Source of the DNA: Eledone cirrhosa
Lineage: Eukaryota
Assembly (NCBI GenBank): GCA_964016885.1
Contig: CAXHJY010001477.1
Location: forward strand, 248,001 to 312,000
Direction: 5' to 3'
DNA length: 64,000 bases
Part shown: positions 1 to 13,101 of the stretch, piece by piece
How positions within the stretch are numbered: the stretch's first letter is position 1
How the letters are laid out: each line of letters begins with the position of its first letter
Made by a program: the position numbers and the translations under genes
Notes under the pieces: model-generated
Databases searched by the model: none
What the model was told of the DNA's origin: nothing
Seen by the model: the letters and a program-made list of their open reading frames with translations, nothing else

Positions 1-1544
1 AGTTACCTATGTCATCCCCCTTGTTCTCGTCCTTCCTCACCAGTGTAACTACGCCCTTGGCTACAGAACTGGGAATTCTCCTGTTCTGCTGCCAGTTGCA
101 GTAGACCGCTTTGAGGATATCGGAGAACAAGTCCGGCATCGCTACATATAGCTCGTATGGTAGACCATCGAGACCCAGGGATTTGCATTTGCCGCATTGG
201 CTCAGCGCCGCCCCTATCTCAGCAGCTGAAATCGTCCTTTCGCAGGACTTCGCCTCCGCGTCCGAGAGGCGCGGCAGACCGTCGAGGTATGGATTGAAAT
301 CCATAGTCTCACCCGGCTCGCCCCCCCTCTCGAACAGTCGTGCAAAGTGCCGCTGAAAGGCCGCACACATCTGCCCAGGTTCAAGGATCACACGCCCATC
401 CTGGTCCTTCAAAAACCGAATCGTGGACTTGTTCCCACTTTTTGCCTGTCACTCGGGCCCAGCTCACAGCTTTGGCTCCCTCATTACCCAGAGCACGTAT
501 TTTACTCCTGACAACGCAGCCTTCATGCTTCACCTCAAAGAACTGGTCTAAGGCCATTCTTGATGCCAGCACGCTGGCTACATTGCCACTCCTAATCGCC
601 TCTTCTACTCTATCTACTAATTGCCTTTCCATCTTGTTCCTATCCCTTGCTAATTCCTGACTAAAACCTATCGATTCTATTCTAATTGCTCTCTTAAGAG
701 AGCTCCACCACCTGTTGTTGACAATTGCCCCTGTCAAACTCTGCTTAACTAACGTGCTAATCCGTTTACTGTAAGCTTTGCTTGTCGGTAAGGACAAGTT
801 CAGCTTCCAGTAACCGGGTCCCTGTCTATGGGTTCTATCAAAGTTGGTTATGCAGGTCACTAACTTGTGATCCGAATAGTCAACCATGAACATTTTTGGA
901 CAGCTAAATGTGTCCCTATCCTTCTCTCTAACTAGGACCCTATCTAGGTATGACCTAGATGTTCTGCTGAGATTGGTCCACGTCCATAGTGTTACAGTCG
1001 GAAAATCTAGTCGATATCTATCGGCCAGGTCAAATCGGCCGATTAACCTTTTGAGGCTTTTACACCCACCTCTATTGGCACATGCCCCTACATAGTCCCA
1101 ACGTGCATCTAGGATACCATTCCAGTCCTCCACTAAAAGCAAGGAGCGGGACGTTCCCAGAAAAGTTTCCAGACGTTGGAAGTATTCCGGCCGCGCTGCC
1201 CAAAAAGGGGCATACACAGCTATTAGTCTAAGGGCTCCACTTTCACTACTGCCGACGTCTAAAACCACCAGTCGACCCTCCGGGTCCAGGTGCACCTTCT
1301 GTATAGCGAGGCCCAGGTGTTTTCGCAGCAGAACGACAACTCCACCCCCACCCCCGGTTGACAGAGATGCGAAGATCTCAAAGTCGTCGAAGAGCGGCGC
1401 CAGTTGGTGCTCGCTGCTGATCCTGGACTCGCAAATAGCCATTACATCCATTCTATGCGACCTGAGATCGTTTAAAAGTTTGCCTTGTTTCCAAGACAGT
1501 CCCAGGCCGCGTACATTCAGACACCCAACTCTTATATCAGCCAT
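1..1544 (-). pseudogene. Tx1 copy A ORF2 (APE endonuclease + start of RT), frameshifted near 430
   Basis: ORF 381..1544 has CLNVRGL, E(G)DWN, SYLDRV, SDH and GPGYWKLN motifs. It diverges from the copy B frame after ...SWARVT. Confidence 0.88.
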
Positions 1545-1565
1545 GTTGGTTAAAAGAGGAAGGAC

Positions 1566-3292
1566 CTACCTGTTCGGCTCCTGAGGAGCAGGTTGCACAA
1601 TATCCATGGGCGTATTGGAGGGGTTGTTTGGTGGGGTGTTGTTCTGTGGTGGAGTGGGGGTGTTTGGTGAGGTGTGGGTGGGGAAACGTTTCAAGAGGAC
1701 GCGGTTATAGGGTCGAGTACATGTTTTCCCCACGTCCTCAGGAAAGTTCTCTCTTAGTTTTGCATAGGTGTCCATTGGGAGTCTTATCATTTTTAAATGC
1801 GGTTTGTTGGCCGCGCTTGCAAAGAATTGCCCTTCAGTTTCCACCGAAGGGTCTTTGTGTATTGTTTTTACTAGTTCTTTGTTATTTGTGTTAATGTATG
1901 TATACTGTTTTATTTGTGTTGTGTTTGTTTGTTGTTCTTGTGTGTGCTTACGTTTTGTTGTATGTGTTATGTTTTGGGGTGGGGCGGATTTTGTTTGTTC
2001 TGTTTGTTTTGTTTTTGTTGGTGGTTGTGTGTTTGTTTCGTTTATGTTCGAGTGGTGCTTTCTTTTTTTCCTTTTTACAGGTTGGAAGGGTTCCCCCTCT
2101 TCGTCACTAGGTGCCGTTTCTGCTGGGTCCTCGTCCGTGCTGTAGGGTAGTGGTGTATTTTGGGGTTTTGTTGTGTTTGTGTGTGTTTTTGGAGTTGTTT
2201 TGGGTGGGGCCGTGTCTTGTGTTGTTTTTCCGTGTTGTTTTTGTTGTTGTGGTGGTGGTGGTGGTGGAGGTGGTGGCGGTGGTGGTGTGTGGGGTGTAGG
2301 CAAAAGAGCCTTTTTTTTGTCAATTGAGGACAGGCAGCCCTTAGATGACCCCTGATTGAACAGTAGTAACATATGGGCCTCCTACCCTCGGCTGAAATGT
2401 ATATAAATGTTTCTCCATCGAGGGACACCCTCTGTGGTATTCTAGCTATTCGTTCTGGTCTCATTTGGACCAGAACCTCCATGCTCAAACTGCCGAAAAT
2501 GTCTGTGGTGACTTCTGCTACTGAGAGGATTCCGTCCTCGTCTTCTAAAAATCCTGTTAGTACCCAGGAAATGCATGCATTTGGCCGGATTCTAGAGACT
2601 CTAATTTTCTGCGTTCTTTTCCCTAAATATGTGGGGGAAAATGTGTGTAGCTTGGAAACAATTGGCGCCACAGAGTATTTCCTGGCCGTCAATTGATCCT
2701 TCATTAACACCGTTATATTCCCATAGAGTGGCGCTTTTTGTATGAACGATATATCACTCCACACATTTTTTAGGACCAGCTCATTTTCTTTTTGGGATAA
2801 TTGAGCTGGTTTCCTTGTTATGTTGGAAATTGTTCTGAAAGATATCGTTCTTAGTGTCGTGTCTCTTTTGATTTCTTGTCGGGAGGTGATTGTGAAGTCT
2901 CCTCCTTCTTTGAAAGTTACATACTGTTTTGCTTCCTTCATCTTTTCTCTCAGAGTTGTAATGTCCAGTTGCTTGCAGGTTTGTGTTTTCCGGACCGCCT
3001 GTGCAAAAGAGGCACCAGTAGTGGGTTCGCTTTGTTTGGTGTTATCGTTATTTTTTCCTTGGTTGGTGTTGTGACTATTGCTGTTATTGTCATTGTTGTT
3101 TTAGTCTGCGTTTATGTGACTTTCTGGGTTTTCACCCATTTTTACAAATTTTTCTTTTAATTCCGTGTTCCATGTTTCTTTTGCAGAAGTGAGGAGGGAA
3201 GACTTAGAGCCTTGTGCTTCTAGCTTCTCTGTATCAACTTTCTTAGGGGGCGTGGCTTTCTCGTTAGGATGAGATGTGAAAATTCCGTCCAT
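1566..3292 (-). pseudogene. Tx1 copy A ORF1 (gag-like, zinc knuckle), disrupted
   Basis: Split among ORFs 3101..3385, 2075..2941 and 1566..2372. CYYCSIRGHLRAAC knuckle. Colinear with the contiguous ORF1 of copy B. Confidence 0.85.
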
Positions 3293-3503
3293 TTCTATTA
3301 GTTTGCCGTAATAAATTTTTAACTGGAAAATTCGCCCCAAAAAGGGGCGAAAATAAATAAACTCAGAGTTTGACGACCAAGGCAAGGGGTTAACGTATAT
3401 TACAGTATAAAAAAATTAATCAAAACTCACTTTTGAGTAAGTAAATCCAACTCGGTAGCCGAGCTTGTTCACACACGTCAACACACGTCTCTCGTATACG
3501 AGA

Positions 3504-5390
3504 TGTTATGTGAGATATTATGTGAGGTAAAGCCTTTACTGTGAAAATACAATAGTATATATAGAATAATGTAAATGTGATGTGAGATATTATGTGAGGT
3601 AAAGCCTTTACTGTGAAAATACAATAGTATATATAGAGTAATGTAAATGTTGTGTGAGGTAAAGCCTTTACTGTGAAAATACAATAGTATATATAGAGTA
3701 ATGTAAATGTTCTGTGAGGTATTATGTGAGGTAAAGCCTTTACTGTGAAAATAAAATAATATATATAGAGTAATGTAAATGTTGTGTGAGGTAAAGCCTT
3801 TACTGTGAAAATACAATAGTATATATAGAGTAATGTAAATGTTATGTGAGGTATTATGTGAGGTAAAGCCTTTACTGTGAAAATACAATAGTATATATAG
3901 AGTAATGTAAATGTTGTGTGAGGTAAAGCCTTTACTGTGAAAATACAATAGTATATATAGAGTAATGTAAATGTTATGTGAGATATTATGTGAGATAAAG
4001 CCTTTACTGTGAAAATACAATAGTATATATAGAGTAATGTAAATGTTATGTGAGATATTATGTGAGGTAAAGCATTTACTGTGAAAATACAATAGTATAT
4101 ATAAAGTAATGTAAATGTTATGTGAGATATTATGTGAGGTAAAGCCTTTACTGTGAAAATACAATAGTATATATAGAGTAATGTAACTGTTATGTGAGAT
4201 ATTATGTGAGGTAAAGCCTTTACTGTGAAAATACAATAGTATATATAAAGTAATGTAAATGTTATGTAAGATATTATGTGATGTAAAGCCTTTACTGTGA
4301 AAATACAATAGTATATATAGAGTAATGTAAATGTTATGTGAGATATTATGTGAGATAAAGCCTTTACTGTGAAAATACAATAGTATATATAGAGTAATGT
4401 AAATGTTATGTGAGGTACTATGTGAGGTAAAGCTTTTACTATGAAAATACAATAGTATATATAGAGTAATGTAAATGTTATGTGAGATATTATGTGTGGT
4501 AAAGCCTTTACTGTGAAAATACAATAGTATATATAGAGTAATGTAAATGTTATGTGAGATATTATGTGAGGTAAAGCCTTTACTGTGAAAATACAATAGT
4601 ATATATAGAGTAATGTAAATGTTGTGTGAGGTAAAGCCATTACTGTGAAAATACAATAGTATATATAGAGTAATGTAAATGTTATGTGAGGTATTATATG
4701 AGGTAAAGCCTTTACTGTGAAAATACAATAGTATATATAGAGTAATGTAAATGTTGTGTGAGGTAAAGCCTTTACTGTGAAAATACAATAGTATATATAG
4801 AGTAATGTAAATGTTATGTGAGGTACTATGTGAGGTAAAGCTTTTACTATGAAAATACAATAGTATATATAGAGTAATGTAAATGTTATGTGAGATATTA
4901 TGTGAGGTAAAGCCTTTACTGTGAAAATACAATAGTATATATAGAATAATGTAAATGTTATGTGAGATATTATGTGAGGTAAAGCCTTTACTGTGAAAAT
5001 ACAATAGTATATATAGAGTAATGTAAATGTTATGTGAGATATTATGTGAGGTAAAGCCTTTACTGTGAAAATACAATAGTATATAAAGAGTAATGTAAAT
5101 GTTATGTGAGGTATTATGTGAGGTAAAGCCTTTACTGTGACAATACAATAGTTTATATAGAGTAATGTAAATGTTATGTGAGATATTGTGAGGTAAAGCC
5201 TTTACTGTGAAAATACAGTAGTATATAAAGAGTAATGTAAATGTTATGTGAGGTATTATGTGAGGTAAAGCCTTTACTGTGAAAATACAATAGTATATAT
5301 AGAGTCATGTAAATGTTATGTGAGATATTATGTGAAGTAAAGCCTTTACTGTGAAAATACAATAGTATATATAGAGTAATGTAAATGTTA
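3504..5390 (-). repeat. 72-bp tandem array (with 60-bp variants), roughly 27 units, amplified from MITE interior
   Basis: Minus-strand unit CATTACTCTATATATACTATTGTATTTTCACAGTAAAGGCTTTACCTCACATAATATCTCACATAACATTTA. Same unit as 42993-44618. Confidence 0.97.
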
Positions 5391-5399
5391 AAGAGTTCA
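5382..5399 (-). mobile_element. Left TIR of the piggyBac-like MITE hosting array and Tx1 copy A
   Basis: Minus strand TGAA|CTCTTTAACATTTA, matching TTAA|(T/C)CCTTTAGCATTTA at 10288-10305 and the right TIR at 44825-44842. Confidence 0.65.
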
Positions 5400-5671
5400 G
5401 TCCTTTTACTATTTTTGTGTTCCTTTCCATATTTCACTATTCTAAGGGATTGGATCTTCCTTTAAATGTTTGGAAAAGACTCCTTCAACAATGTAGTCAT
5501 ATATACACAAAGGATGATACAAAATTACAGAAACTAAGAGAGAACTGGCCAGAGAGTGTTGTTTATTATTATACATATGTGCAAAAAAGTCACATTTTGT
5601 ATAATACTCTTATACCCCCCCTCCCCGCCCCCCATTACAATCACACTCCACTCTGCGGAGATCTTAACTTC

Positions 5672-8600
5672 TCTAGTGCTAGTACCACAATAAAATACAC
5701 CCAGTACACTCTGTAAAGTGGTAGTGCTAGTACCACAATATAATACACCCAGTACACTCTGTAAAGTGGTAGTGGTAGTGTCATGATATAATACACCCAG
5801 TACACTCTGTAAAGTGGTAGTGGTAGTGTCATGATATAATACACCCTGTACACTCTGTAAAGTGGTAGTGTTGGTGTCATGATATAATACACCCTGTACA
5901 CTCTGTAAAGTGGTAGTGTTGGTGTCATGATATAATACACCCAGTACACTCTGTAAAGTGGTAGTGTTGGTGTCATGATATAATACACCCAGTACACTCT
6001 GTAAAGTGGTAGTGTTGGTGTCATGATATAATACACCCAGTACACTCTGTAAAGTGGTAGTGTTGGTGTCATGATATAATACACCCAGTACACTCTGTAA
6101 AGTGGTAGTGTTGATGTCATGATATAATACACCCAGTACACTCTGTATAGTGGTAGTGTTGGTGTCATGATAAAATACACCCAGTACACTCTGTAAAGTG
6201 GTAGTGTTGGTGTCATGATATAATACACCCAGTACACTCTGTAAAGTGGTAGTGTTGGTGTCATGATATAATACACCCAGTACACTCTGTAAAGTGGTAG
6301 TGTTGGTGTCATGATATAATACACCCTGTACACTCTGTAAAGTGGTAGTGTTGGTGTCATGATATAATACACCCAGTACACTCTGTAAAGTAGTAGTGTT
6401 GGTGTCATTATAGACTACACCCAGTACACTCTGTAAAGTGGTAGTGTTGGTGTCATGATATAATACACCCAGTACACTCTGTATAGTGGTAGTGTTGGTG
6501 TCATGATAAAATACACCCAGTACACTCTGTAAAGTGGTAGTGTTGGTGTCATGATATAATACACCCAGTACACTCTGTAAAGTGGTAGTGTTGGTGTCAT
6601 GATATAATACACCCAGTACACTCTGTAAAGTGGTAGTGTTGGTGTCATGATATAATACACCCAGTACACTCTGTAAAGTGGTAGTGTTGGTGTCATGATA
6701 TAATACACCCAGTACACTCTGTAAAGTGGTAGTGTTGGTGTCATGATATAATACACCCAGTACACTCTGTAAAGTGGTAGTGTTGGTGTCATGATATAAT
6801 ACACCCAGTACACTCTGTAAAGTGGTAGTGATGGTGTCATGATATAATACACCCAGTACACTCTGTAAAGTGGTAGTGATGGTGTCATGATAAAATACAC
6901 CCAGTACACTGTAAAGTGGTAGTGTTGGTGTCATGATATAATACACCCAGTACACTCTGTAAGGTGGTAGTGTTGGTGACATGATATAATACACTCAGTA
7001 CACTCTGTAAGGTGGTAGTGTTGGTGTCATGATATAATACACCCAGTACACTCTGTAAAGTGGTAGTGATGGTGTCATGATATAATACACCCAGTACACT
7101 CTGTAAAGTGGTAGAGTTGGTGTCATGATAAAATACACCCAGTACACTGTAAAGTGGTAGTGTTGGTGTCATGATATAATACACCCAGTACACTCTGTAA
7201 AGTGGTAGAGTTGGTGTCATGATAAAATACACCCAGTACACTGTAAAGTGGTAGTGTTGGTGTCATGATATAATACACCCAGTACACTCTGTAAAGTGGT
7301 AGTGGTAGTGTCATGATATAATACACCCAGTACACTCTGTAAAGTGGTAGTGTTGGTGTCATGATATAATACACCCAGTACACTCTGTAAAGTGGTAGTG
7401 TTGGTGTCATGATATAATACACCCAGTACACTCTGTAAAGTGGTAGTGTTGGTGTCATGATATAATACACCCAGTACACTCTGTAAAGTGGTAGTGTTGG
7501 TGTCATGATAAAATACACCCAGTACACTGTAAAGTGGTAGTGTTGGTGTCATGATATAATACACCCAGTACACTCTGTAAAGTGGTAGTGATGGTGTCAT
7601 GATATAATACACCCAGTACACTCTGTAAAGTGGTAGTGTTGGTGTCATGATATAATACACCCACTACACTCTGTAAAGTGGTAGTGTTGGTGTCATGATA
7701 TAATACACCCAGTACACTCTGTAAAGTGGTAGTGTTGGTGTCATGATATAATACACCCAGTACACTCTGTAAAGTGGTAGTGTTGGTGTCATGATATAAT
7801 ACACCCAGTACACTCTGTAAAGTGGTAGTGTTGGTGTCATGATAAAATACACCCAGTACACTGTAAAGTGGTAGTGTTGGTGTCATGATATAATACACCC
7901 AGTACACTCTGTAAAGTGGTAGTGTTGGTGTCATGATATAATACACCCAGTACACTCTGTAAAGTGGTAGTGTTGGTGTCATGATATAATACACCCAGTA
8001 CACTCTGTAAAGTGGTAGTGATGGTGTCATGATATAATACACCCAGTACACTCTGTAAAGTGGTAGTGATGGTGTCATGATATAATACACCCAGTACACT
8101 CTGTAAGGTGGTAGAGTTGGTGTCATGATAAAATACACCCAGTACACTGTAAAGTGGTAGTGTCGGTGTCATGATATAATACACCCAGTACACTCTGTAA
8201 GGTGGTAGTGTTGGTGACATGATATAATACACTCAGTACACTCTGTAAGGTGGTAGTGATGGTGTCATGATAAAATACACCCAGTACACTCTGTAAGGTG
8301 GTAGAGTTGGTGTCATGATAAAATACACCCAGTACACTCTGTAAAGTGGTAGTGGGAGTGTCATGATATAATGCACCCAGTACACTCTGTAAAGTGGTAG
8401 TGTTGGTGTCATGATATAATACACCCAGTACACTCTGTAAAGTGGTAGTGTTGGTGTCATGATATAATACACCCAGTACACTCTGTAAAGTGGTAGTGTT
8501 GGTGTCATGATATAATACACCTAGTACACTCTGTAAAGTGGTAGTGTTGGTGTCATGATATAATACATCCAGTACACTCTGTAAAGTGGTAGTGTTGGTG

Positions 8601-9330
8601 TCATGATATAATACACCCAGTACACTCTGTAAAGTGGTAGTGTTGGTGTCATGATATAATACACCCAGTACACTCTGCAAATTGGTAGTGTTAGTGTCAT
8701 GATATAATACACCCAGTACACTCTGTAAAGTGGTAGTGATGGTGTCATGATATAATACACCCAGTACACTCTGTAAAGTGGTAGTGTTGGTGTCATGATA
8801 TAATACACCCAGTACACTCTGTAAAGTGGTAGTGTTGGTGTCATGATATAATACACCCAGTACACTCTGTAAAGTGGTAGTGTTGGTGTCATGATATAAT
8901 ACACCCAGTACACTCTGTAAAGTGGTAGTGTTGGTTGGTGTCATGATAAAATATACTCAGTACACTTTGTAAATTGGTAGTGTTGGTGTCATGATATAAT
9001 ACACCCAGTACACTCTGTAAAGTGGTAGTGTTGGTTGGTGTCATGATAAAATATACTCAGTACACTCTGTAAAGTGGTAGTGTTGGTTGGTGTCATGATA
9101 AAATATACTCAGTACACTTTGTAAATTGGTAGTGATGGTGTCATGATATAATACACCCAGTACACTCTGTAAAGTGGTAGTGTTGGTTGGTGTCATGATA
9201 AAATATACTCAGTACACTCTGTAAAGTGGTAGTGTTGGTTGGTGTCATGATAAAATATACTCAGTACACTTTGTAAATTGGTAGTGATGGTGACAATAAA
9301 ATGTACATAGTATGCTCTGTAAAGTGGTCG
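5672..9330 (+). repeat. 48-bp tandem array derived from an RTE/SINE 3'-UTR internal repeat
   Basis: Unit ACACCCAGTACACTCTGTAAAGTGGTAGTGTTGGTGTCATGATATAAT. Low-copy relatives at 44925-45025 (minus), 10130-10220 and in SINE/RTE tails (GCACCCAGTAC..CTGTAAA...GTTGGTGTTAGG). Confidence 0.95.
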
Positions 9331-9399
9331 ATCCATAACATACAGCCACTATATCATGATAAATGTTAGCGCTGGTCTTCTTCTTAGCCCTCTTATTCC

Positions 9400-10115
9400 C
9401 TCAATCACTCCTTCCAGTCAGAAGCAACCACCTCCTACTTATCTGGCTGGATCCCCAAGTGTGACCAACCAAGCTGATGTATGTGATCCAACCATCTTGT
9501 TTGGGGTCTACCCCTGCGTCTCTTGCCAGTTGGTTTCATCCGTAAAATCCATCCAGCCATGCTTTCCTGAGATATTCTAACCACATGGCCATAGTATCAG
9601 AGTTGTGATATCTCAATTCTAAGAAGTAGCAGCTCTACTTGGAGTGACTCTCTGATAGCTGAGCTATGCACTCTATCGAGTAACGTTACTCCAAAGACCC
9701 TTCAGAGGAACCCCATTTTGGTCGGTTGTGTTCACGATTGTATTCTTTTGGTAATTACCCAAGATTCATGACATTAGCTAAAGGTTGGCACAAAAACAGA
9801 ATTGAAGATAGTGAGTTTGGCTTTGACGCCTACCTCCCTTCTTCTGGTTACTGAATGCTGAAGCTGGTGTATTACTGCATTTGCAATTCTTTCACTTAAT
9901 TAAGCCTCCTGCCTTCCATTATTCATGAACACAACCCCAAGGTACTTGAACCTCTCTACCTGCTTCAGTAGAACTCCATTCACATGTAGAATGAAGTGCA
10001 CAGGCTTCCTTGAGAGGACACATGTCTCACATCTTTGTAGCACTGATTTTCATTCCATCCATGCAGCACTCGGCATCAAACCTATCAAGTGCAAGTCAGA
10101 GATCACCTTCTGACA
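9400..10115 (-). mobile_element. Old degenerate RTE-like LINE fragment (RT C-terminal region)
   Basis: Minus-strand remnants such as QVERFKYLGVVF and LLLRIEISQL*YYGHV, with many stops. Confidence 0.6.
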
Positions 10116-10291
10116 AGTTAAATAACACCATGTTAGTGCTGGTGTCACAATAAAATAAACCCTGTACACTCTGTAAAGTGGTAATGCTGGAGGCAAGATA
10201 AAATGCATTGCATACTCTGTGAATGTGTTTTAATTTTGAAAATAATTTAAAATCTGAAGAAATTTTGTAAAATTAACTTTTTCTTTATTAA

Positions 10292-10501
10292 TCCTTTAGC
10301 ATTTACATTTATATTTACTATTGTATTTCCACGGTAAACACTTTATTTCACATAATTATCTCACATAATATAGAATCTACGAGAACTTGATGATGTTATC
10401 TATTTTGAGAAAAATACCTTAACATAAGTATGAGCATCTGGTTTGAACAGAAAGGGATGAGAGAATTCTGGCTGGATACAGCTGGTTTAAATGCGAAAGG
10501 G
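10292..10501 (+). mobile_element. ~210-bp non-autonomous piggyBac-like MITE, unexpanded form
   Basis: TTAA (10288-91) TCCTTTAGCATTTA ... TAAATGCGAAAGGG TTAA (10502-05). One diverged 72-bp-like monomer follows the left TIR. Right half matches 44619-44838. An empty paralogous site with a single TTAA lies at ~35412-35480. Confidence 0.8.
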
Positions 10502-10694
10502 TTAAGCTGATGTTTAGAACATTACTTAACAAAAGTTCTTACATAAAATTATGCTAGAAGGATTTAATATAGACATTTTAAATTGAAATATTTTGTCTCA
10601 TAGAACCAGGAGCAGTTTCAATTGTGTTGGTATTAAATGTCCACAAGAGCTATGTATGCTCCAGCATGACTGTGAGCAGTAAAAGAATAGAAAA

Positions 10695-10920
10695 AAGAAA
10701 GGAACTAATCATCAGATGAGACCAAAGAAACAATGTTTCCATTGGTCTTTCCATTATTGACACTGTCTGTTAGTCACAACTCCTGACAGAAGAAAAGAGC
10801 TAATCATCAGATCAGACCCACACTTCTCTCCCTAAAAAAAATATTTCTATTGGTTATTTGACTGCTGATACTATCTGTTAGTCACAACTTCTGGCAGAAA
10901 TAAGGAGCTGATCATGATGT
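10695..10920. repeat. Degenerate ~105-bp local tandem duplication
   Basis: (G)AGCTAATCATCAGAT...TCTGTTAGTCACAACT motif recurs about 2.3 times. Confidence 0.55.
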
Positions 10921-11024
10921 AAAATATTCAAGAACCCAACATGCTGCCTGATCCCAAAACAAACCTACGACATTATGGACATTAGGCGAAGCAGTTTCAT
11001 AAAGAGGAATACACTTTTACTCAC

Positions 11025-11168
11025 ATGTCCAATTCGAATATTCTTTTTCCGTTTGGTAACTTTATCATGTTTATCTATTTTGTCTGGTTCCCTGCACCAT
11101 AAACAAATATTTAGAAAACGATGTTCTTCATCCACTTCAAATTCAAACTGTTCATTCCAACAAGGATT
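11025..11168 (-). CDS. PDZD8: Host exon (144 nt, phase 0/0): C2-domain segment of a PDZD8-like protein
   Basis: ttttttacag|...|gtgagt. Translates NPCWNEQFEFEVDEEHRFLNICLWCREPDKIDKHDKVTKRKKNIRIGH, which resembles the PDZD8 motif HRYLNIALWCRDP...LGH (recalled, not searched). Confidence 0.82.
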
Positions 11169-11323
11169 CTGTAAAAAAAGAAAAAGAAATTACCATGATG
11201 ACTTACTATATATACATATACAATTATATATGTATGATTATATGTGTATATATATATATCTATTTGATTATATGTGTATATATATATACATGTATGATTA
11301 TATGTATATGGTTATATGTACAT

Positions 11324-11664
11324 GGAGGCACATGGCTTAGTGGTTAGGGCATTGGCCTTGCAATCGAAAGGTTGTGAGTTCAATTCTCAGACCGGGTGAT
11401 GTGTTGTTTCCTTGAGCAAGACACTTTATTTCACATTGCTCCAGTTTACTCAGCTGTAGAAATGAGATGATAGGGGCTGGGGTCCCTATCATTCAACTGC
11501 AAAGTGGTTGTGGAGGTGCCACAGCAAAAAAGCACCCAGTACTCACTGTAAATGAGGTTGGTGTTAGGAAGGGCATCCAGCTGTAGAAATCAAGCCAGAA
11601 TCAGTTCCCGTCCCACCCTTGCAAGCAGGGAAAAGCGGACGTAAAATGATGATGATGATGATGA
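11324..11664 (+). mobile_element. tRNA-head / CORE-like / RTE-tail SINE
   Basis: A box TGGCTTAGTGG, B box GAGTTCAATTC, core CCTTGAGCAAGACACTTT, RTE-like tail GTTGGTGTTAGGAAGGGCATCCAGC, (ATG)n end. Confidence 0.88.
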
Positions 11665-11677
11665 TATACATGTATGA

Positions 11678-11715
<38 letters not shown>

Positions 11716-11717
<2 letters not shown>

Positions 11718-13101
11718 AGGAGGTTATAGTTCACTTGAAGCATTGTGTAATGAGGTATAAACGTTTGAATATGTATAATAAAGCCAAAACAATGCAGGTA
11801 TGGACATAGAAAAAAGAATGCAATTGCAAAAGATATTGTTGACAATTCGTCTTTTACCTTAGATTTATTTAAATGTCCTTAATTTTCGAGATAATATCTC
11901 TTCTTCAGAGGGAAATAAAGGTCTCAAACCAGCGTTCTAAATATCTTGCCAACCCATGCTGACAGGATATAGTATAGAGTATCTGTTCTATCTCTAATGT
12001 CAAAGAGTTAAAATTAGGTGGATAAAGAGTAGTCTCCCTTTAAAAGGGGTTTGTTTAGGTTTTTTTTTTTATATATACATGCCTGTTTAAGTGTGTGGGA
12101 GAATGCATGAAGGTGTAAGTATGTGAGTGTGTGTGTGTGAGTGTGAGAAGATAAGTCTATTCGTAAATGTGGGGGATAGGTGTTATCTGGTGTTAGAACT
12201 GGTTTTGTGTGTGTATGTGTGAGAGAGAATAAGTGGAGGTGTAAGCGTGTGTGTGCGCGCGTGCGTTGTGTGTGGGGTGTGTAAATATGGGTCTAGAAGC
12301 CCTATCAGGTTATAAATTGGGTGTTGAGTTCTAGTCTATTATTGATAGGTGGTTGTGTTTTATCTATAATTAGTGCTTCCTTAATTCTAAGATTGCTGAG
12401 GTTTCTTTCCTTAGTTTCTATCCTAACTGTTATGGTTTTGTCGGTGTTTTTGCATTTAACCTCGGCAATCTTAGAATTAAGGAAGCACTAATTATAGATA
12501 AAACACAACCACCAATCAATAATAGACTAGAACTCAACACCCAATTTATAACCTGATAGGGCTTCTAGCCCCATATTTACACACCCTACACACACACACG
12601 CACGCGCGCACACACACGCTTACACCTCCACTTATTCTCTCTCACACATACACACACAAAACCAGTTCTAACACCAGATAACACCTATCCCCCACATTTA
12701 CGAATAGACTTATCTTCTCACACTCACACACACACACTCACATACTTACACCTTCATGCATTCTCCCACACACTTAAACAGGCATGTATATATAAAAAAA
12801 AAAACCTAAACAAACCCCTTTTAAAGGGAGACTACTCTTTATCCACCTAATTTTAACTCTTTGACATTAGAGATAGAACAGATACTCTATACTATTTCCT
12901 GTCAGCATGGCTTGGCAAGATATTTAGAACGCTGGTTTGAGACCTTTATTTCCCTCTGAAGAAGAGATATTATCTCAAAAATTAAGGACATTTAAATAAA
13001 TCTAAGGTAAAAGACGAATTGTCAACAATATCTTTTGCAATTGCATTCTTTTTTCTATGTCCATACCTGCATTGTTTTGGCTTTATTATACATATTCAAA
13101 C

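Larger units (their letters stand above)
1..3503 (-). mobile_element. Tx1-clade (L1 group) non-LTR retrotransposon, copy A (3' part beyond window start)
   Basis: Near-identical reverse complement of 37511-~40955. Contains 5' UTR, ORF1 with CCHC knuckle and ORF2 APE domain. 5' end abuts the 72-bp array at ...CATAACAT|CTCGTATACGAG. Confidence 0.92.

Noticed and set aside
3420-5437. Long ORFs (406, 556 aa) over the 72-bp array; also 42975-44636
   Set aside because: Stop-free units of 72/60 bp give open frames automatically. Two frames are open at once, and the unit derives from a MITE.
5400-5670. Possible next host exon in unique sequence
   Set aside because: No convincing minus-strand splice sites or C2 continuation; the next exon probably lies outside the window.
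5534-8944. LQSVLGVLYHDTNTTT repeat ORFs
   Set aside because: Translation of a 48-bp satellite; 46-bp variants shift the frame freely.
10975-11340. Plus-strand ORFs 10975..11340 and 47595..47909
   Set aside because: Antisense shadows of the minus-strand exons, running into microsatellite or intron sequence.
11324-11400. tRNA gene
   Set aside because: The A/B boxes belong to a SINE head; it continues into the core and RTE tail and occurs in several copies.
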